Shown here: piece by piece, positions 57,894-64,000 of the stretch
How the letters are laid out: each line of letters starts with the position of its first letter
How positions within the stretch are numbered: position 1 is the first letter of the stretch
Origin: an uncultured Bacteroidota bacterium
Lineage (GTDB): Bacteria; Bacteroidota; Bacteroidia; Bacteroidales; DTGW01
Reading direction: 5' to 3'
Assembly (NCBI GenBank): GCA_963701015.1
Contig: OY969556.1
Span: forward strand, 3,500,424 to 3,564,423
Length of the DNA: 64,000 bases
Notes under the pieces: generated by a model
Told to the model about the DNA's origin: nothing
Seen by the model: only the letters and a program-made list of their open reading frames with translations
Database searches by the model: none
Program-made: the position numbers and the translations under genes

Positions 57894-58766
57894 TTGAAAA
57901 TGAATCATATGAAAACATCAAATATTTCAATAGTTCTATTATTAACAATACTTGCCATAATGGCAAGTTCGTGCCAGAAAGAAATTCAAATTAGTTTGAA
58001 TTCTGCATCACCCCAGATTGTTATTGAGGCTTCATTATCCGATTTGCCAAATGGAAATTATGTGAAACTTTCCCAAACAGTGAATTATTATAATTCTGAT
58101 AGCTTCCCACCTGTAAATGGTGCAATTGTAAAAATTACCGACAACCTGGGAGATACTGCAAAATTGCCCGAAGTTGACTCCATTCATGGTATATATGCTG
58201 CAAATTTTATTTCAGGAATACCTGGCAGAACTTATACTTTAACGGTATTGTCAAAAGGAATTACATACACTTCGGTTTCAACCATGCCTAACCCTGTTAA
58301 AATAGACTATTTGAATGATACAATTATCAAATCTGGCGGATTTGGTGGTGGCGGTGGTGGTGGAGCGTCACAAAACCCAACCGATACAACTTACAGAATA
58401 GTGCTTGACTTTCAGGATCCTGCCGGCATAAGCAATTATTACCGCTTTGTTGAAATTATAGATGGAATTACTTATAATTCAGCTTCTGTAACCAGCGACA
58501 GGTTTCGCGACGGAAAAGTAATTGAGCGAACCATGAGAATTGATACAAGTTTAACATTAGTCCGCGGTAATGTTGTTACTATGGAACTTCAAAGCATTGA
58601 TGTTGGAGCATATAATTTTTTCCGCACATTTGGTCAGGCTGCGGGCCGTGGAGGGCTGTCGTTCCTTTCTGCTTCACCCGGAAACCCCATTAGTAATATT
58701 AGCAACGGAGCAATGGGTTATTTCAGTGCTTATTCAACTGATAGGGAAAGTATAATAATTCATTAA
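57894..58766 (+). CDS. DUF4249-like lipoprotein (usual partner of this TonB-receptor subclass)
   Basis: 290 aa with lipoprotein signal (IMASSCQ). Sits directly downstream of the TonB-dependent receptor, the gene pairing typical of DUF4249. Confidence 0.65.
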   Translation: MKMNHMKTSNISIVLLLTILAIMASSCQKEIQISLNSASPQIVIEASLSDLPNGNYVKLSQTVNYYNSDSFPPVNGAIVKITDNLGDTAKLPEVDSIHGIYAANFISGIPGRTYTLTVLSKGITYTSVSTMPNPVKIDYLNDTIIKSGGFGGGGGGGASQNPTDTTYRIVLDFQDPAGISNYYRFVEIIDGITYNSASVTSDRFRDGKVIERTMRIDTSLTLVRGNVVTMELQSIDVGAYNFFRTFGQAAGRGGLSFLSASPGNPISNISNGAMGYFSAYSTDRESIIIH

Positions 58767-58792
58767 ATTTGTAGGAATATGGTTTTAATAAA

Positions 58793-60361
58793 GTGGCCAA
58801 AAGTAATTTATTTAAATTGTATGCTTCAAAGCTAAGTTTTCTAATTTCCCTATCTATTTTGGGAATTGGAGCAAAAGCACAGCGCCCTGATGAAAATAAA
58901 GATTTCCGTTTCGAAAATGTTAAGTTTTCAATTATTCTCGATAGTATAAGTAAAACCTGTAAAATCAATTTTTCCTATAATGCCGATTTGCCGGAAATAA
59001 AAAAGAATAAATCATTTTGCTTTACCGGTACCTGCACCGATGCTATAAATCAACTGGTGGTTGACCAGGACTTATCGGTAAAAATGTTAAACAATCAGAT
59101 TGTATTATATAAATCATTAAAAAATGATTCAATCCCGATTGGTATAGTTTCGCAACCCATTGAAAAATTCAAATTTATAAAGGGAACTATTTTCGATAAA
59201 AAAGAAAAATTACCACTTTCATTTGCCAGTGTTGCTATTTTAGGAAAAAACATTGGTACGGTTGCAAACACAAAAGGTGAATTTATAATTAGAATTCCAT
59301 CGCAATCGGTTAATGATTCGCTTGTTTTTTCATATATCGGTTATAAGCGAAAATATATACCCATTGATAGTATAAATAGCAATGATTTAAAGGTTGAATT
59401 GGAAGAAAAGCCAACACCCTTGAAAACTGTTTTTATTAAACCTGTCAATCCGTTGGGAGTAATTAAGGATTTATTAAATAATGTTGAAAAGAACTATATT
59501 CAAAAGAATGCTTTATGTACAGGATTTTATCGCGAAACAATTAAGCAGGATAATGATTATATTTCAATATCAGAAGCAGTGGTAGATGTTTCAAAATCTC
59601 CCTATTCGGGTTACAGCAACGATCAGGCACGCTTGTATAAATGCCGTAAAAGTGAAAATAGTAAAAAAGTAAAACGACTTGCATATAAACTGGAAGGAGG
59701 TATTTACAACTGTCTGCAATTGGATATAGTAAAGGAAAGAATATCATTTATATCTCCAGAATCATTTGATTTATATGATTATACCTATTTAAAAACAGTG
59801 TCGTATAACGGCATGAATTTATTTGTAATTAATTTTGACCAACGTGCAAATATTGAATTGCCTTTGTTTAAAGGTTCATTATATATTGATGCAGACAGCA
59901 AAGCGCTGGTTGCTGCAAAATTTGAATTAAGCCCAAGAGGAATAAAGTACGCCCAGGATGTATTGGTAAAAAAACAACCCCGTAAATATTCCGTTGAACC
60001 TAAAAGTGCAAAATACCTGGTATATTATAAGCTCTTAAATGACAAATGGATTCTCGATTATACCAGGGCTGAACTTAATATAAAAGCCAAAAGCGACAGG
60101 TTATTTTTTAATTCGGTATTTAATTCAGTTTCCGAAATGGTAATTACCGCTATTGATACTACTACAAAAGTGAGGTTCCGTACAAAAGAAACAGTAAAAT
60201 TAAAAGATGCCATTGAAGATTATAATGGAGTATATGACGACAATTTTTGGGGAAATTATAATATCATTGAACCAGAAGAGTCAATTATAGATGCTATAAA
60301 GAGATTAAACCTGGGAAAGGATGAATATGAATCTAAATCGTTTTTACAGAAACTTTTTTAA
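58793..60361 (+). CDS. carboxypeptidase-regulatory-like domain protein with STN-like N-terminus
   Basis: 522 aa, GTG start. KGTIFDKKEKLPLSFASVAILGKNIGTVANTKGEFIIRIP is CarboxypepD_reg-like. The N-terminal FENVKFSIILDSISKTCKINFSY is STN-like. Confidence 0.5.
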   Translation: MAKSNLFKLYASKLSFLISLSILGIGAKAQRPDENKDFRFENVKFSIILDSISKTCKINFSYNADLPEIKKNKSFCFTGTCTDAINQLVVDQDLSVKMLNNQIVLYKSLKNDSIPIGIVSQPIEKFKFIKGTIFDKKEKLPLSFASVAILGKNIGTVANTKGEFIIRIPSQSVNDSLVFSYIGYKRKYIPIDSINSNDLKVELEEKPTPLKTVFIKPVNPLGVIKDLLNNVEKNYIQKNALCTGFYRETIKQDNDYISISEAVVDVSKSPYSGYSNDQARLYKCRKSENSKKVKRLAYKLEGGIYNCLQLDIVKERISFISPESFDLYDYTYLKTVSYNGMNLFVINFDQRANIELPLFKGSLYIDADSKALVAAKFELSPRGIKYAQDVLVKKQPRKYSVEPKSAKYLVYYKLLNDKWILDYTRAELNIKAKSDRLFFNSVFNSVSEMVITAIDTTTKVRFRTKETVKLKDAIEDYNGVYDDNFWGNYNIIEPEESIIDAIKRLNLGKDEYESKSFLQKLF

Positions 60362-60362
60362 T

Positions 60363-62390
60363 CTACCAAATTTTAATTCTTAAGCTATCAGGTCGATACA
60401 TCGCATCGCCGGGCTTTACATGAAATGCTTTATAAAAAGCCGGTAAGTTAGATAAAGGGGCATTTACCCTTAAAAAATCAGGAGCATGAAAGTCAGTCAT
60501 AACCTTTCGGGCAATTAACTCTTTTCGCATATTCACAACCCAGGCATTTGCATAACCCAGGAAGAACCTTTGCTCCGGTGAAAATCCGTTTATAAAATTA
60601 CCCGAAACTGCTTCCGGTGTTTTTTCAAATGCATCAAATGCGAGCGTAAGCCCGCCAAGGTCGGCAATATTTTCTCCAAGCGTAGCTTTTCCGTTTACAT
60701 GAACGGTATCATATGCTATATAATTGTCGAACTCCTTTACAACTGCTTTTGTTAGTTTAGTAAATTTATTTTCATCCTCTTTGGTCCACCAGTTCGAAAG
60801 GTTGCCATTGGCATCAAATTTGCGACCTTCGTCGTCGAAGCCGTGAGTTATTTCATGCCCTATAATTGTTCCGTTGTGCGAATAGGCCAGTGCATCATCG
60901 GCCAGGGAATCAGGCAAACCTGGTATTAAAAATATTGCAGCTGGTAATACAATTTCGTTATTGCTTACATTATAATATGCATTATAGGTTTGTGGGTTCA
61001 TTTCCCATTCATTTTTGTCCACTGGTTTTCCCAGTTTTTGAATCTGAAAATTAAATGCCCATTTATTTATATTTATTTCATTCTGAACATAGGAAGTACG
61101 TGAAATTTCAAGAGCATAGTAATCTTTCCAATGATCGGGATAGCCAACTTTTTTAACTACTTTTGATAATTTATATATGGCCTTTTTCTTTGTTGTATCC
61201 GACATCCAATCTAATGTTTCAATTCTTGATTTATATATATCAAATATTTCATCAATCATTCGTATATAACGCTTTTTTGCGGTAGCCGAAAAATATTTCT
61301 CAACATATATTTTACCAACCATTTCTCCAATAGCGCCATTTTCATGATCGACTATTCTTTTCCAGCGTTCGCGTTGTATATTCCTGCCATTTAAAATTCT
61401 ACCATAAAAATCGAAATTTTCATCGTCAATTGACTTATTTAAATCAGCAGCAAAAACATCAACCAGTTTCCATTTAAGAAATGCTTTCCAATCGTCAATG
61501 TTTATTTTAATTATTAATTGCTCCAATTCAGCAATATATTCGGGTTGGCCAACTATTACTGAATCGATGGAAATAATGCCCATTTTTTCTAACATATTTT
61601 CCCATTGAATATCTGGTGTAATTAAATCGAGTTGATTTAATTTCATTTTGTTATAATTCTTATAAGGATCGCGTAGTTCATGCAATTTTCGCGATTTCAA
61701 TGCAAGGCTGGTTTCAAGGGCCATAATTTGAATACTTTGCTGCTTGGCTTTATCAGTATCTTCGCCAATTAAACGAAGCATTGTGGCAATATGTTGAATA
61801 TATTTCTTTCGAATAGTATTCGTGCGCGTATCAGTGTTTATATAATAGTCCCTGTTGGGTAAACCAAGCCCTCCCTGTGATATATAAAGGGCTGATAATT
61901 CACTATTCTTTTTATCGGCAGCAGTGTATATATTAAATAATGTGGAAACACGCCAGGTTTGAAGTAATGCTATTTCATCAATTAATTCTTTCTTATTCTT
62001 TAAATTTTCTATCTTAGCCAATTCAGGCTTTAAAGCATCTATACCAAATTTTTCAATACTAATTGTATCCATTCCGGAGTAATAAAAATCGCCAATTTTT
62101 TGGTCAATACTTCCTTTTACTGCATTCGAATGATAGGCTGCATCATTGCATATTTTATAAATGCGGTTATAAATTTCGTCCTGAACAAGGTTTGTAATAC
62201 CCCATTCGCTTTCCGAGGCAGGAATAGGATTATTTTTTAGCCATAAACCGTTTACATACTTGAAAAAATCTTCCGAAGGTTTAACAGTTGTATCAATATT
62301 CAATGAAAGAAAATCATTCCCAATTGATTTTCCGCCACATAATATTGGGAAACAAGTAAAAATAACAACTACTATAAAAGGGTGTTTCAT
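60363..62390 (-). CDS. pepO: M13 family metallopeptidase (PepO / endothelin-converting-enzyme-like)
   Basis: 675 aa with signal peptide. Zinc motif HEITHGFD and downstream GENIADLGG. Confidence 0.9.
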   Translation of the reverse strand: MKHPFIVVVIFTCFPILCGGKSIGNDFLSLNIDTTVKPSEDFFKYVNGLWLKNNPIPASESEWGITNLVQDEIYNRIYKICNDAAYHSNAVKGSIDQKIGDFYYSGMDTISIEKFGIDALKPELAKIENLKNKKELIDEIALLQTWRVSTLFNIYTAADKKNSELSALYISQGGLGLPNRDYYINTDTRTNTIRKKYIQHIATMLRLIGEDTDKAKQQSIQIMALETSLALKSRKLHELRDPYKNYNKMKLNQLDLITPDIQWENMLEKMGIISIDSVIVGQPEYIAELEQLIIKINIDDWKAFLKWKLVDVFAADLNKSIDDENFDFYGRILNGRNIQRERWKRIVDHENGAIGEMVGKIYVEKYFSATAKKRYIRMIDEIFDIYKSRIETLDWMSDTTKKKAIYKLSKVVKKVGYPDHWKDYYALEISRTSYVQNEININKWAFNFQIQKLGKPVDKNEWEMNPQTYNAYYNVSNNEIVLPAAIFLIPGLPDSLADDALAYSHNGTIIGHEITHGFDDEGRKFDANGNLSNWWTKEDENKFTKLTKAVVKEFDNYIAYDTVHVNGKATLGENIADLGGLTLAFDAFEKTPEAVSGNFINGFSPEQRFFLGYANAWVVNMRKELIARKVMTDFHAPDFLRVNAPLSNLPAFYKAFHVKPGDAMYRPDSLRIKIW

Positions 62391-62486
62391 TGTTTTAGGT
62401 TTAGGTAAAATATAACCAGGGTCTAGTTATTTTTTTACATTTATAAAATTAGAAATAAAATTTTGTAAATAAAAATTTTAAGCAAA

Positions 62487-63458
62487 TCAATACCTGTTTA
62501 GCCATTTATATCTTCGAGCTGAGTCGCCAAATTTAAGTGATAAGTTTAATTCATGAGTTCCATAATAACTTCTGTCTAATGATGATAATCCATAATCGAA
62601 TGAATATCCAATATACACACGATTTTTTCGAAACCCCACAAAGGCAATAAAAGCATTTCCGGTACGGTATGATAATCCGCCCCAGATATCATCTCTGTAA
62701 GTTATTTTAAAAGATAAGTCAACTTGAGGTTGCAACAGCTCGGTAGTTTTAAACAATAAGGTTGGTTCGTAAGTAAAATAAGCATCCGGTGAATATTTAT
62801 ATCCGGCTATTAGATAATAATTTCTTGATACCTGATAAGCAACAATATCAGATGTCCCAAACTTTACCGATGACTGGAATAATTCAGCTGCTGATACCCC
62901 GCCATAAAAGTTACCATCGGTATAAAACATCCCAATATTGGCATCGGGAACATATAAAGGTGCAGATATTAAGCTCTGACGTGGATCGGGCAAACGGAAA
63001 AAACCCGGTTCAATGTTTAACCGCATTTGAGTCATTGAACCTGCCACTCCGAAGGATAATTGTGAATTGGTAAATGATATATGATAGGCATATGACATGG
63101 AAACTCCTGTTTGACCCAGGTAGCCATTCCTGTCATTAAATATACTTAAGCCAAGCCCAACCTTCCCGGTACGTGAAGGCGTAATTCTATTTCCCCTTAT
63201 ACCTCTGTTTCGGATAATATAACTTCTTTTTAAAATTCGGGTTTGAAAGGTAAGTGTAAAGGTTTGAGGGGCATTCTCAAAACCCAGCCATTGTTGACGT
63301 GACGTAAGGTTAAGGGTAGTATAACCATCATAACCTGCCATGGCTGAGTTTAATGTAAAACCGTTGAGCATATACTGGCTGAATAATGGCAATAACTCCG
63401 AATTCGCTTTTGTAATAAAGGAAAGAAATACTATTGCTATTGATAATCGCTTTAACAT
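62487..63458 (-). CDS. PorP/SprF family type IX secretion system membrane protein
   Basis: 323 aa with signal peptide. FSQYMLN start and beta-barrel-like sequence typical of PorP/SprF. Located downstream of a gene ending in a T9SS type-B C-terminal domain. Confidence 0.85.
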   Translation of the reverse strand: MLKRLSIAIVFLSFITKANSELLPLFSQYMLNGFTLNSAMAGYDGYTTLNLTSRQQWLGFENAPQTFTLTFQTRILKRSYIIRNRGIRGNRITPSRTGKVGLGLSIFNDRNGYLGQTGVSMSYAYHISFTNSQLSFGVAGSMTQMRLNIEPGFFRLPDPRQSLISAPLYVPDANIGMFYTDGNFYGGVSAAELFQSSVKFGTSDIVAYQVSRNYYLIAGYKYSPDAYFTYEPTLLFKTTELLQPQVDLSFKITYRDDIWGGLSYRTGNAFIAFVGFRKNRVYIGYSFDYGLSSLDRSYYGTHELNLSLKFGDSARRYKWLNRY

Positions 63459-63504
63459 TCAGGGTTTAACTTAAATCATTTTACCATTCATAAACAAAAT
63501 ACCA

Positions 63505-64000
63505 TTACTTATATCGCACTATTGCAACTGTACCAGTAAATCTATCGGAGCCATTGTTCAAATCAATTGAATAATAATATGAATCAACGGGTAAAGGTTT
63601 ACCATTCGATGTGCCATTCCATTCAACCGGATATCCGGGTTCCGACCGATAAACCAATTCTCCCCAACGGTTATAAATTTCAACTACTGCCCTGCTATAT
63701 AACAAATTTAAAGGCAATGGACTCGAAACCGTAGGATTACCTACAACAATATTCCATGTATCGTTGATACCTGCACCGGGTGAAAATGCCTTTGGTGCAT
63801 CGAGACATGCTTTGTGCGTTGCTTTTACCAAAAGAGTATCCAGTTTTATACATTTATTTGAATCAATTACAGTTAATACATAATTACCAACAAATAAATT
63901 ATTTACAGATGAACCTGCCGGTAAACTATTTGACCAGTTGTATTCGTATGGTTCTATTCCTCCATTTGCAATTACTCCCAATTCGCCGTTACTCATATCA
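63505..64000 (-). CDS. C-terminal end of a large gliding-motility-associated / T9SS type-B sorting-domain protein (5' end outside the window)
   Basis: The ORF is open to the window edge. Its C-terminus AFSPGAGINDTW...EIYNRWGELVYRS...WNGTSNGKPLPVDSYYYSIDL...GTVAIVR matches the gliding-motility C-terminal domain. Confidence 0.75.
   Translation of the reverse strand, partial: DMSNGELGVIANGGIEPYEYNWSNSLPAGSSVNNLFVGNYVLTVIDSNKCIKLDTLLVKATHKACLDAPKAFSPGAGINDTWNIVVGNPTVSSPLPLNLLYSRAVVEIYNRWGELVYRSEPGYPVEWNGTSNGKPLPVDSYYYSIDLNNGSDRFTGTVAIVRYK

Noticed and set aside
58335-58364. GGT/GGC/GGA run encoding GGFGGGGGGG in the DUF4249-like gene, considered as slipped-strand phase variation.
   Set aside because: It is a trinucleotide, in-frame tract with mixed codons. 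Slippage would only change the Gly count, not switch the gene off.

Overview
This is an AT-rich Bacteroidota-type chromosome segment. The phylum call rests on T9SS C-terminal sorting domains, PorP/SprF, a TonB-dependent receptor with DUF4249, and TAnnTTTG promoter boxes. Bases 1-36.4 kb and 55.3-64 kb hold ordinary housekeeping genes: pdxA, pepA, tRNA-Leu, tig-clpP-clpX, tatA, glgB, ribF, ahcY, greA, gmhA, cysK, kdsB, a sigma-54 activator with lptE and secG, groES/EL, ychF, apbE, peptidases and T9SS genes. Between them lies an 18.8-kb integrative island inserted in the 3' half of tRNA-Ala(GGC). It is bounded by perfect 45-bp direct repeats at 36471-36515 and 55277-55321. The island carries a tyrosine integrase, a 497-aa orphan, two excisionase-like HTH genes and a winged-helix-like orphan. 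It also carries a four-gene type I R-M operon with an embedded PrrC-like anticodon-nuclease candidate, an orphan gene pair (soluble protein plus 5-TM protein), a secreted NucA-like nuclease, a DUF3892 gene, a Panacea/DUF4065-type toxin-antitoxin pair and a DUF6266-like gene. A 1.4-kb ORF-free, C-rich stretch (53076-54501) is packed with inverted repeats, an iteron-like array and an intrinsic terminator. The best candidates for something undescribed are that non-coding block and the 48504-49984 gene pair. No CRISPR array, rRNA or transposase was seen. All family assignments come from motif recognition by eye; no database search was run.
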